DNA of 64,000 bases from Fimbriimonadia bacterium. Its GTDB lineage: Bacteria; Armatimonadota; Fimbriimonadia; Fimbriimonadales; JABRVX01. Made by a program: the position numbers and the translations under genes. Below the pieces are notes generated by a model that saw only the letters and a program-made list of their open reading frames with translations, did no database searches and was not told where the DNA came from. Numbering within the stretch: position 1 is the stretch's first letter; every line of letters starts with the position of its first letter. The DNA is taken from positions 64,001-128,000 of the forward strand of contig JBGPGO010000012.1 in NCBI GenBank assembly GCA_041483895.1. The letters are read 5' to 3'. Below are positions 49,801 to 59,129 of the stretch, piece after piece.

Positions 49801-51405
49801 CTATTGCCCCTCGATATAGGTCGAAACATGGGGGAGGTGCCCGAGAAGGCAGTCCTGGATACCTTGCACATACGGCCGAATCAGCTCGGCGTCGCGCTGA
49901 AAATAGATCGGTATCCACGGGACATCGGCAATCGCGATTCGTTGGGCCTGCTGATAGTACTTGAGGCGCTTTTCTGGGTCTTGCTCGGCATCTCCCAAAC
50001 GGCACAAATTGTCGAACTTCGGACTGGAGTAGTTGAACTTATTCTCCCCACCGTAGGTCGCCAGCAGCGTCGAAAGGAAGTTTTGCGGATCGAGGTAATC
50101 GGCCATCCAGCGCATGTGTAGGAACGGGAGAGCCTTATTGTTGTATTCGTTCAGGTAGGCGCCCCATTCTGTCGGCCGCAACTCGACAATCACTCCCAAA
50201 TTCGTCTTCAGCTCCTCTTGGACCACCTCGCCTACATGGAGAATGTCCGGCCGGCTTTCGCGGAACCAGAGGGTCAACTTTGGAAAGCCTCGCCCATCTG
50301 GATAGCCGGCTGCGGCCAGAAGACGCTTCGCTTCATCGGGTTTGAATTCGTAGCCCTTTAGCGTAGGATCGTAACCGGGGATACCAGGCGGCACGATGCA
50401 GTCTGCCCGTTTTACTTTGCCTTCCAGGGCCGCCGCGATGATGGCGTCTTTGTCAATTGCCATCGCGAACGCCTGACGGACCCGCTTATCTTGGAATTGC
50501 GGAACGACGCCCTGATTCATAGCAACGTAATAAATCCCAGGACGCTCGAAATATCGAATCTGCCCCTTGAGCTCCGGGTCCTGTTCCGCAGCCTTCACCT
50601 CAGCCTTGTCCATTTGGATCAGGTCCACACGGCCCTGCTTATACAAATCGTATCGCGTTTGGGGGTCCTTCACAATTGGCCGCTCGATGCCCTGCAGCTT
50701 TGGTTTCCCCCCATGATAGTCTTCGAACGCCGACAAGATCACCTTCGTGTCTGGGTTGTACGTGGTGAGTTTGAATGGCCCGGTTCCTACGACAGCCTCG
50801 ACTTTGGTCATCTCCCCACCACCTGCGGCCTTAATCGCGCGATGACTCACAACGTAGCTATTTGGGTAAGTCAACTTTGCAAGAAAATATGCCTTTGGCT
50901 GGTCGATCTGGATTTCCAGCGTGTACTTGCCGGTTGCGCGGACGCCGGAGACCGAGGTTGCGTTCCCTTCGCGGCGTTCCCGGGCGCCTACGATGTCATA
51001 GAGATAGTTCTGTGTCGTTTCGGAGCCCAGCGCCTTGCTGCACGCCCGATCGATGCTGTAAACGAAATCTTCCGCCGTCAGGTCGTCTCCGTTGTGAAAC
51101 TTCACTCCTTGGCGAATCTTGAACCGGTAGAGCGTTCCGCCATTCAGAACCTCCCAGCTTTCGGCTAGGTTTGGAACCGGCTTATTGTCCACCGACCACT
51201 TCACGAGCCCTTCGAACACTTGCAGCAGCATATCGATTGTATCGCCGTCCTGGACCATTGCCGGGTCGATCTTTGTTGGGCTGGATACGAGCGGATACCG
51301 GAGAATGTTGGCTTGCGGGCCGATCCCCTGCTTCTTCGTGCATGCTGTCAACAGCAACACCAAAGCGGCAATCAACATCATGAACAGCCGAATATTGCGC
51401 GTCAT
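49801..51405 (-). CDS. Peptide ABC transporter substrate-binding lipoprotein (family 5)
   Basis: Lipobox LTAC, PNLAESW, KFHNG and GTGPFK motifs. Confidence 0.92.
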   Translation of the reverse strand: MTRNIRLFMMLIAALVLLLTACTKKQGIGPQANILRYPLVSSPTKIDPAMVQDGDTIDMLLQVFEGLVKWSVDNKPVPNLAESWEVLNGGTLYRFKIRQGVKFHNGDDLTAEDFVYSIDRACSKALGSETTQNYLYDIVGARERREGNATSVSGVRATGKYTLEIQIDQPKAYFLAKLTYPNSYVVSHRAIKAAGGGEMTKVEAVVGTGPFKLTTYNPDTKVILSAFEDYHGGKPKLQGIERPIVKDPQTRYDLYKQGRVDLIQMDKAEVKAAEQDPELKGQIRYFERPGIYYVAMNQGVVPQFQDKRVRQAFAMAIDKDAIIAAALEGKVKRADCIVPPGIPGYDPTLKGYEFKPDEAKRLLAAAGYPDGRGFPKLTLWFRESRPDILHVGEVVQEELKTNLGVIVELRPTEWGAYLNEYNNKALPFLHMRWMADYLDPQNFLSTLLATYGGENKFNYSSPKFDNLCRLGDAEQDPEKRLKYYQQAQRIAIADVPWIPIYFQRDAELIRPYVQGIQDCLLGHLPHVSTYIEGQ

Positions 51406-51413
51406 CAGAACTC

Positions 51414-51839
51414 CTATGAAGTCTCCTTCGCCTGCGTGGTGCGGCGAAAGTAAAGAAACGTTCCGGCCACAGCCCCAGCCGCATCGATCAGCACGTCCTG
51501 AACTTGGCCCTCCCGTCCGGGCACGAACGTTTGGTGATACTCGTCAGTACATGCATACGCCACGGTCAACAAGACTCCTCCGAGTAACGCCACCGGAGGT
51601 GGGATACCGTGACCGTAGACCAATGACCGGTAGCTGAGAATACACAGCGCGGCGTACTCAATCATGTGGAGCGCTTTTCGCCCAATGCCATTCAGCAGAT
51701 GGAGCCAGAAGCCCTGCAGTCCGAATAGCGAGGAGAGGATCGAGCGCGATTCCTCGCCGCTGCCCGCTCGCCCGGATATCCAGAATATTACTGCCATCCA
51801 AAGTACAACAAGAAACCACAAAATGACACGTCGCTTCAC
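51414..51839 (-). CDS. VanZ family membrane protein
   Basis: RKALHMIEYA and DEYHQTFVPGR...DVLID motifs. Confidence 0.92.
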   Translation of the reverse strand: MKRRVILWFLVVLWMAVIFWISGRAGSGEESRSILSSLFGLQGFWLHLLNGIGRKALHMIEYAALCILSYRSLVYGHGIPPPVALLGGVLLTVAYACTDEYHQTFVPGREGQVQDVLIDAAGAVAGTFLYFRRTTQAKETS

Positions 51840-51912
51840 AACCGCAGATTATGGCGCGGCGCGGCCTCCGTTCGCGATATAATGGAGATAACAGTTTGCG
51901 AAGGAGCCCGAA

Positions 51913-52902
51913 TTGGTTTTTCTCACTGCCGCTTGGTTGCTCAGTTCCATCTGCGTACAGGACCCGGATGCGGTCCTATTGCGCCGACAGTTTAGGGTTG
52001 GGGACGTCGAGAAGTTCGTTTTGGTCAAGGAGTTGGACTCCGAAGTTCAGCGAGGCAATCTGCTGAGCTGGATCCCGAACAAATGGACCGTTACGCAGCG
52101 GTATACGATGAAGACGACCGGTTTGCAAGGAGCCGGAACAGCGGATCTTCGTCTGGATTACGAAAAGACGAAGGTACATTACGGCCAGTTCCTCGATGAG
52201 GGCCCGCATGACGATTTCGAGGACCCCGAGTTCATAGTCTTGTTCTTCTCTCCCACCAACGAAATCCTGAAGATTTACGACATGACTCCGCCGAAGAAGA
52301 AGACGCCAAAGTCCGATCCGGGTGACGAGGAAGGCGGTCTTTATGCCAGTAGAGCCGGCACAGGAGAGGCACAAGCAAGAGGCGGGGACTTCCTTAGCCA
52401 GGTACAGCGGATGGTCTCATTTCCCGGTCTCATGGATTTTGGACCGAAGCTTCCCTACCGAAAAGTTAAGGTGGGCGACACTTGGCACTCGACCTTAGAT
52501 TTCTTACCCGGAATGGCGGTCGGCACCGATCCGTCTCGGCGGGGAAACAAGAGTACGCGCGTGGACATCACGTATCGCTATGACGGCATCAAAGAGCGCA
52601 ACGGGAAAAAGTTCGTGCAGATTAACGGCTCTTTCGGGGCGAAATTGGATTTGAAAACACCGCTTCTTGCCGACCTTCCCATTCAGATTCGAATGCGCAG
52701 CCCGATCACGAAGGCCACAATCGAAGTCAAAGGGGAGATGAACTTTTTCCTCGATCCGCAGACGTTGAAGACGAACTACGCGGAGGCAAATTCGACCGGC
52801 GATGTCCAGATTGACACCACGGAGGCATTCACGCCGATTCGCCTGGGGATGAAACTGAAGGGATCCGCGACTCTGAAGGCCGAACCTCTCTCGCCAAAAT
52901 AG
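51913..52902 (+). CDS. Hypothetical secreted beta-rich protein
   Basis: 329-aa ORF with an AAGGAG RBS and a hydrophobic N-terminus. No family recognised. Confidence 0.7.
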   Translation: MVFLTAAWLLSSICVQDPDAVLLRRQFRVGDVEKFVLVKELDSEVQRGNLLSWIPNKWTVTQRYTMKTTGLQGAGTADLRLDYEKTKVHYGQFLDEGPHDDFEDPEFIVLFFSPTNEILKIYDMTPPKKKTPKSDPGDEEGGLYASRAGTGEAQARGGDFLSQVQRMVSFPGLMDFGPKLPYRKVKVGDTWHSTLDFLPGMAVGTDPSRRGNKSTRVDITYRYDGIKERNGKKFVQINGSFGAKLDLKTPLLADLPIQIRMRSPITKATIEVKGEMNFFLDPQTLKTNYAEANSTGDVQIDTTEAFTPIRLGMKLKGSATLKAEPLSPK

Positions 52903-52915
52903 GCGTATCAGTTGG

Positions 52916-55900
52916 TTAGGGCTGAACTTGCCGCATGTGGCAGTTCTTAAACTTCTTCCCGCTGCCGCAAGGACAGGGATCGTTGCGGCCGACTTTCGAG
53001 AAGTCCGCGCCATTTGTCGGCGCTCCATTGCTGGGGAAGGCGGCAGCCGGTATCCCGCCGGGTGCTGCGGAAGGCTGATTCTCGTCAATCTTGATCATCT
53101 GCATCGGCCGCTGCTGTTCCTTCTGCGGAGTCACGTGGAATGCATACATCGCGACCTGTTCGGTGATGTTCGCCAGAGTCTCTTGGAACAGGATGTGTGA
53201 ATCTTTTTTGAACGCGATCAACGGATCCATCTGCGCGTAGCCGCGCAGGCTGATGCCTTCTCGAAGCTGGTCCACATTCTGGAGGTGCTCCATCCATCGA
53301 TCGTTGATCGCCTTTAGCACGATGAACCGTTCAATGCCACGGATGGTGTCCGAGTCGTGCTGCTCCTCCCGCTCATCATATGCTTTGTGCATCAGCGGAA
53401 AGATTTTCTCCAGCATCCGGTCCTTGGGGAGGCCGTCCAAAAGCTCCTGCCCGGCATATACCGCGAGCGGAAAGACCTCATTCAGGCTTCGATAGATGTT
53501 CTCGTAGTTGTACGTCTGAGTTTCCGGATCGAAGTAACCGTCAATGCGGTCCTCGATGACGGACTCGACATCGGCGAGAACCTTTCCGCGCATGTCCGCG
53601 CCGAGCAGAACTTTGCGGCGATCCGCATAGATTTTCTCGCGCTGCACATTCATCACGTCGTCGTATTCCAAAATGTGCTTTCTGTACTCGAAGAAGTGGA
53701 ACTCAATGCGCTCCTGAATCTTGCGGATGGTGTTGCTCAGGAACTTGACTTCGATCTGTTCATCTTCAGGCCAGGTTTTGAGAAGCGGGTTCTGTAGCAT
53801 GTTCGAGCCGAACACCTGCCACAGCTTGTCTTCGAGCGAAACGAAATAGCGGCTTTCCCCAGGGTCCCCCTGCCGGCCGGATCGTCCACGCAGTTGGTTG
53901 TCGATTCGCCGGCTCTCATGGCGCTCCGTGCCGAGAATATACACGCCGCCGAGCGAAGTTACTACCTTGGCCAATTCTGAACGCTCTTGATCAGACAGCG
54001 GCAACGGCGGCGCGGCGCGTTCCTTTCCGCCGCGACGATAGCTCGTGAAGGTATCGTGATACGTGTCCGCACGCTCATCGTCGCCATCCTGGACCCTGTC
54101 GGTTTCTTCGTTTTGGACGCGGCCACCCAGCAGAATATCGACGCCGCGGCCGGCCATGTTGGTGGCGATGGTTATAGCGCCTTTACGACCCGCCTCCGCG
54201 ATGATCAGCGCTTCCTTTTCGTGGAACTTTGCGTTCAAGACGTTGTGGCGAATTCCGTAACGAATTGCCTCGTCGAAATGCTCCCCGTTTTCGTCCGGCA
54301 ACTGATGCAGCTTCAAGAACCACGGTCTGTGCTCATCGGCAAGCGGATCGGGGGAGATGCCGAGCTCGCGCAGATCGGTGGAGAGCGTGTTCCGGTCGAG
54401 CTTGTCAATCGGAACATTGACCAACTTGTTGAGGTGGTTTTTCTTGTCTTTGGAAAGCGATTTGTCGTTTTGGATTCGGTCCCGGATCCGATCGACGATG
54501 AGCAGCGATTGCAGGATTTTCGGAGTCAGCCAATTCGAAACCTTTTCAGACATCTCGATCGAGCGGGTTCCCACGAGAACCGGCTGCTGCTTGACGAAGA
54601 GTCGAAACAGTTCGCGGGCGATCCCGCGAAACTTCTGTTCTTCCGACTTATAGACGATGTCCGGCTGATCGATTCGGATCATCTGCTTATGGGTCGGGAT
54701 GACGACGACAGAGAGACCGTATATCTTTCGGAATTCGTCCTCTTCCGTTTTCGCCGTTCCGGTCATTCCCGCAAGCTTGTGGTACAGGCGGAACAGGTTC
54801 TGGAAGGTGATGACGGCGACCGTCTGGCTTTCGTGTCGAATTGGGACGCCTTCTTTGGCTTCAATCGCTTGGTGGAGGCCGTCAGAATACCTTCGACCGA
54901 ACATCAGGCGGCCGGTAGTGTCGTCCACGATGACCACTTCGCCCTCTTTGACCACGTAATCCACGTCCTTTTTGAACAGGGCGTGGGCCTTGAGGCCGGC
55001 GTTGATATAGTGCATGAGCTCCGGATGGTCCGCGAGGTTCTCAATGCCAAGGATGCGCTGCGATTCGTCGTATCCTTCGTCGGTCATGGAAATCTGATGG
55101 GACTTTTCGTCGGCGGTGTAATGCTTTTCTTTCTGCAGCTTTCGGACGACACCGTTGATCTTGGCGTAGACGGTAACGTCCTGTTCGGCGCGGCCGGAAA
55201 TGACGTGCGGCGTCCGCGCTTCGTCCACGAGGATGCTGTCCACCTCGTCCACAATCGCGTAGTGGAGCTCGCGCATGACGAGCTGGGACTTGTCGAACGC
55301 CATGTTGTCCCGGAGGTAGTCGAAGCCGAATTCGTGGTTGGTTCCGTATGTGACGTCGCAATCATAAGCTTCCGCGCGGCTGCACGGGACCAAATTGTGA
55401 TATCGCGGGTCCTCGGCCTGGTGACCCGGCGTGTATTTGTAGGAGCCTCCCAGTTCGTCGGACTCCGCACTTTGGCCCTGAATTACCCCAAGCGTCAGGC
55501 CGAGGCCATGATAGATCGGCCCCATCCAGACCGCGTCGCGGCGGGCCAAGTAGTCGTTCACGGTGACGAGATGCGTGCCGCGGCCTTCCAGGGCATTTAG
55601 GTAGAGGGCCAAGGGCGCCACCAGGGTTTTTCCTTCACCCGTCTTCATCTCGGTGATCTTGCCGTGGTGCAGCACGACGCCACCAATGAGCTGAACGTCG
55701 AAATGCCGCATATTGAGCAGGCGGCGAGAAACCTCTCGGCAGGCCGCGAAGGCCTCCGGGATAAGGTCGTCTAATGCCGTTCCATCCTTCAGCCGCTGAC
55801 GAAAATCGTCGGTCTTGGCCCGGATCTCCTCCAAGCTGAGCTTCTGCATCTCGGGTTCCAAGCCGTTCGTCTGCTGAACCAGCGGCTCGATGGCCTTGAC

Positions 55901-55948
55901 GTCTTTGTCGCTGGTGTCAAACCACTTCCTGAAAAGGTTATCAAACAT
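52916..55948 (-). CDS. secA: Preprotein translocase subunit SecA
   Basis: MKTGEGKT, DEVDSIL, ATNMAGRG, QLRGRSGRQGDPG and SEC-C CPCGSGKKFKNCH motifs. Confidence 0.98.
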   Translation of the reverse strand: MFDNLFRKWFDTSDKDVKAIEPLVQQTNGLEPEMQKLSLEEIRAKTDDFRQRLKDGTALDDLIPEAFAACREVSRRLLNMRHFDVQLIGGVVLHHGKITEMKTGEGKTLVAPLALYLNALEGRGTHLVTVNDYLARRDAVWMGPIYHGLGLTLGVIQGQSAESDELGGSYKYTPGHQAEDPRYHNLVPCSRAEAYDCDVTYGTNHEFGFDYLRDNMAFDKSQLVMRELHYAIVDEVDSILVDEARTPHVISGRAEQDVTVYAKINGVVRKLQKEKHYTADEKSHQISMTDEGYDESQRILGIENLADHPELMHYINAGLKAHALFKKDVDYVVKEGEVVIVDDTTGRLMFGRRYSDGLHQAIEAKEGVPIRHESQTVAVITFQNLFRLYHKLAGMTGTAKTEEDEFRKIYGLSVVVIPTHKQMIRIDQPDIVYKSEEQKFRGIARELFRLFVKQQPVLVGTRSIEMSEKVSNWLTPKILQSLLIVDRIRDRIQNDKSLSKDKKNHLNKLVNVPIDKLDRNTLSTDLRELGISPDPLADEHRPWFLKLHQLPDENGEHFDEAIRYGIRHNVLNAKFHEKEALIIAEAGRKGAITIATNMAGRGVDILLGGRVQNEETDRVQDGDDERADTYHDTFTSYRRGGKERAAPPLPLSDQERSELAKVVTSLGGVYILGTERHESRRIDNQLRGRSGRQGDPGESRYFVSLEDKLWQVFGSNMLQNPLLKTWPEDEQIEVKFLSNTIRKIQERIEFHFFEYRKHILEYDDVMNVQREKIYADRRKVLLGADMRGKVLADVESVIEDRIDGYFDPETQTYNYENIYRSLNEVFPLAVYAGQELLDGLPKDRMLEKIFPLMHKAYDEREEQHDSDTIRGIERFIVLKAINDRWMEHLQNVDQLREGISLRGYAQMDPLIAFKKDSHILFQETLANITEQVAMYAFHVTPQKEQQRPMQMIKIDENQPSAAPGGIPAAAFPSNGAPTNGADFSKVGRNDPCPCGSGKKFKNCHMRQVQP

Positions 55949-56057
55949 AAAGAATCGCTTGCCTCATAGTCGTGGAATATTACCTTATCGGGCGTCCCGG
56001 CCCCAGTCCGGTCCGCACCTGGATTCCTACGTTGCCAAGGCCGCCCGAATTGCAGAC

Positions 56058-56270
56058 GGCCCAGGCTTCGTCTTCGGGGTCCGAACAAATGGAAAATCCC
56101 CTTCATAGTTCGACTATGAAGGGATTGGCGTCACGACAACGCTTAGAAAAGACCCAGGCTCGTCCCCGGGTGCCCCGACAAATGAAAAACCCCCTTCATA
56201 GTGCGACTATGTAGGGATTGGCATCACGATAACAGTCAAAAATCCCTTCACAGTCGCACTGTGAAGGGAC
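56058..56270. repeat. Three family H hairpins; the first two lie in a ~93-nt tandem duplication
   Basis: CCCTTCATAGT/ACTATGAAGGG at 56099-56123, a one-mismatch copy at 56192-56216, and CCCTTCACAGT/ACTGTGAAGGG at 56244-56268. Confidence 0.85.
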
Positions 56271-56286
56271 TGACGAACGGAAACTC

Positions 56287-56472
56287 CTAGAGAGTTCGGG
56301 AGCGCTTGCGGCGCTTGAGCAACTCGATCACGTCGAAGTCTCGGCCGATTACGGACGTATCGCCGACGTGACAGGGCTGCATGCAGGCGTCATCTCGCAG
56401 ATGGACCTCGGCCTGCCGGGGTGCTGTGCTCAAGGCACGAGTCTCTTTCGAAACTCGGTTGGTCTGCTTCAT
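56287..56472 (-). CDS. Small hypothetical protein upstream of secA
   Basis: 61-aa ORF with GGAGG about 7 nt before the ATG. Confidence 0.45.
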   Translation of the reverse strand: MKQTNRVSKETRALSTAPRQAEVHLRDDACMQPCHVGDTSVIGRDFDVIELLKRRKRSRTL

Positions 56473-56660
56473 TGCTAAACCTCCAATTGGTCGCGGTTCG
56501 GCGTCATTGCCGGCCGCGGACGCTCATTGTATCAGAAATAATGGCATTCCGCTAGCCTGACACCATGCCTAAGGAGCAAGAACTATGCCGAAAGCGTATC
56601 TACAGGTAGCATAAAGAACCGAATGAGAGCGCGACTCGTCAAGTTGCTGGAAGGAAATCT

Positions 56661-59129
56661 GTGAGAATAGCCACATATATTGTCTGCCTTCTGTGCCTTT
56701 TGTCTCTGCCGGTGACGGCGCAGAAGACCAAGCCGGACCTGAATACGGTATTCAAGGCGGCGGTCGAGGCACAGCGGCAGGGGAAGCTGGAAGCAGCCAA
56801 AGCCGGATTCAAAACGGTGCTTCACATGGTGCCCAACCATGCGCCCTCGCATATTAACCTGGCTACGATCTACCTACAGCAGGGCGACTCTGCGAAGTTT
56901 GACTACCACCTGAAGCAGGCGATGGCCAATGCCGGGAACGATTCCGACCTGTGGCTTCGCATCGCCAGCCTGCGCGTGGGTCAAATGAACCCGGCGGAAG
57001 CGGAAAAGGCGCTGACAAAAGTGAAAGGGCCGTCCCGTGAGACGGCCATGTTCTATGCGGTTCGGGGCGCGATTCGGACGATGGGGAGAGATTTCCCATC
57101 CGCGGTATCCGACCTGAAGAAGTCCCTGGCAAAGAACCCAGGTGACCGGCGAACCATTATCATGCTGGCAAAGTGCGAAGTTCAGCTCAAGAAATATGAT
57201 GACGCCATTGCCAGGCTGCGGCCATTGACGGCCAAATACCCCAAGGACGCGATTGCATTACAGGGCCTAGCGGAGGCCTACCTATCCAAGGATGACAAGC
57301 CCAACGCCGTGCCTGTGCTGGAAAAACTCCATGCCATCGTCCCTGCAGAGATCTCGTACGGGATATTGCTCGCCCGGACCTATGAGGATACGGGGAAACT
57401 GGAAAAAGGTGTTGACCTCCTCGGCAAGATGATCAAGGAATATCCTGTGAACGTGTTGTTGCGCATCGAGCAAGGTGATATGTTCTCCCGCAATCAATAC
57501 TGGGCGGAAGCGGAGCAGCAATATAACTACGCCCGGCAGCTCAAGCCGAAGGACCCGGATATCGAGACGCGCTATGCGACGGTCTCGATGAAGCTGGGCC
57601 GATACCCCGAGGCGATCGAGCAGTTCAAAGCGATGCTTCGGACCGACCCGACGAATACACAGGCGTTCGTCGGTCTGGAAGAGATCTATCAGGGCCAGCA
57701 CGCGGATAACCTGCTGATCCAGCTCTATCGTGAGCGGATGAAGAATGTCCCCAACGACCCGTATGCTTCGCTGCAGCTAGGCATTCTGTACAAGAGCAAT
57801 CGGGACTATGATGCGGCGCGGAGGGAATTTGAGCGGCATGTCAATGCCTATCCGGGGGACGCGTCGGGACATCGGGAGTACGGGAACCTGCTTGCGGCAT
57901 TGGGGCAGCGGGAAATCGCATTAGGGGAGTACCAGGCCTGCGTAGCCATCGCCAAGGACGACACGCTGGCGCTGCAGCAGATCGGTGACATTTTGTTCGA
58001 TTTGAACCGTGATGCGGAGGGGGTCGCGCACTTTGAAGGGTTGAAGAAGCGGTTCCCAAAGGACGCCCGGTCCTGGTCGGCTCTCGCAAACCATTACGAG
58101 AAGGTCAAGAAACCGGAGCTGGCGGAAAAGGAGTACCGGGATTTGGCGGTCCGCCAGCCGAACTACCAGCCGGCGAAGGTTGAGCTGGCGCGGCTGCTGG
58201 AGGCTCATAAAGATGTGGACGGGGCGCTGGCTCTGTTCGAAGAGCTTGTAAAGATGTCCAAGAATCCGTCCAAGGACTTTGGAAAGATTCCCGACCTGCT
58301 CTATCGCAACGGCCGAAAAGAGGAGGCCGCCAAGAGATGGGCGCAAGAGGTCGCGGCCCATCCGACCGACACGCTGCTCCGATCCGGATACGGCCAGTTT
58401 TTGGTGGCGGAGGGCAAGTTTGACGATGCCATCACGCAGTTTAAGGAGGTCAAGCGACTGACCCCCAACGACATCTACCCCCGAATGAAGCTGGCGGACA
58501 TCTATGACGAACAAAAGAAGGATGCCGAGTGGTTGGAGGAAGTGAACGGCATTCTCGAGATGAACGCGGACGAAATGGCCCCGTATTCCATGCTTCAGCG
58601 GCATCTCTTGGCGAAGGGGGAGCCGGAAAAGTATTGGGACATGATTTTGCCATACGCCAAGCGCGGGACGGCTCAAGACCTTCCGCTCCAACGCCTTGTC
58701 GAATTTGCGCCGCAAGTGAAGAAGCTGGATGAGGCGGTGGAGATTGCGCGGGCCCGCGTAAACGCGGCGCCGACCTCGAAGGGCGCCTGGCTGGCGCTGG
58801 CGCAGGGATTGCAGTCGCAGGAAAAGTGGACGGATGCGATCGACGCGTACGCGCGGGCATCTCGGCTGGATCCGACCAACATGACGGCAATCCGATCCTA
58901 TGCGCTGACGGCGGAAGATCATGGGACCAAGAAGCAGGCCGTGGACGCGTATAAGCTGTACACGGACAGCTATCCGACGGACGCCTGGGGTCTCCTAAAA
59001 TACGGCAACGTGCTGCGGGCCGACGGCCAAAACGGATTGGCGCTGGACATCTTCCGCAAGGTGCTGGAGCGATTCCCGGACAACGAGACGGCGATCAAGG
59101 CCGTGAAGGAGTTGGAGAACAGCCGGTAG
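56661..59129 (+). CDS. Exported tetratricopeptide repeat protein
   Basis: Signal peptide and TPR-like repeats throughout 822 aa. Confidence 0.9.
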   Translation: MRIATYIVCLLCLLSLPVTAQKTKPDLNTVFKAAVEAQRQGKLEAAKAGFKTVLHMVPNHAPSHINLATIYLQQGDSAKFDYHLKQAMANAGNDSDLWLRIASLRVGQMNPAEAEKALTKVKGPSRETAMFYAVRGAIRTMGRDFPSAVSDLKKSLAKNPGDRRTIIMLAKCEVQLKKYDDAIARLRPLTAKYPKDAIALQGLAEAYLSKDDKPNAVPVLEKLHAIVPAEISYGILLARTYEDTGKLEKGVDLLGKMIKEYPVNVLLRIEQGDMFSRNQYWAEAEQQYNYARQLKPKDPDIETRYATVSMKLGRYPEAIEQFKAMLRTDPTNTQAFVGLEEIYQGQHADNLLIQLYRERMKNVPNDPYASLQLGILYKSNRDYDAARREFERHVNAYPGDASGHREYGNLLAALGQREIALGEYQACVAIAKDDTLALQQIGDILFDLNRDAEGVAHFEGLKKRFPKDARSWSALANHYEKVKKPELAEKEYRDLAVRQPNYQPAKVELARLLEAHKDVDGALALFEELVKMSKNPSKDFGKIPDLLYRNGRKEEAAKRWAQEVAAHPTDTLLRSGYGQFLVAEGKFDDAITQFKEVKRLTPNDIYPRMKLADIYDEQKKDAEWLEEVNGILEMNADEMAPYSMLQRHLLAKGEPEKYWDMILPYAKRGTAQDLPLQRLVEFAPQVKKLDEAVEIARARVNAAPTSKGAWLALAQGLQSQEKWTDAIDAYARASRLDPTNMTAIRSYALTAEDHGTKKQAVDAYKLYTDSYPTDAWGLLKYGNVLRADGQNGLALDIFRKVLERFPDNETAIKAVKELENSR

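Noticed and set aside
53987..55600. 537-aa plus-strand ORF and similar long antisense ORFs (e.g. 32134-33222, 57921-58922)
   Set aside because: These are shadow frames of well-supported genes in high-GC DNA.
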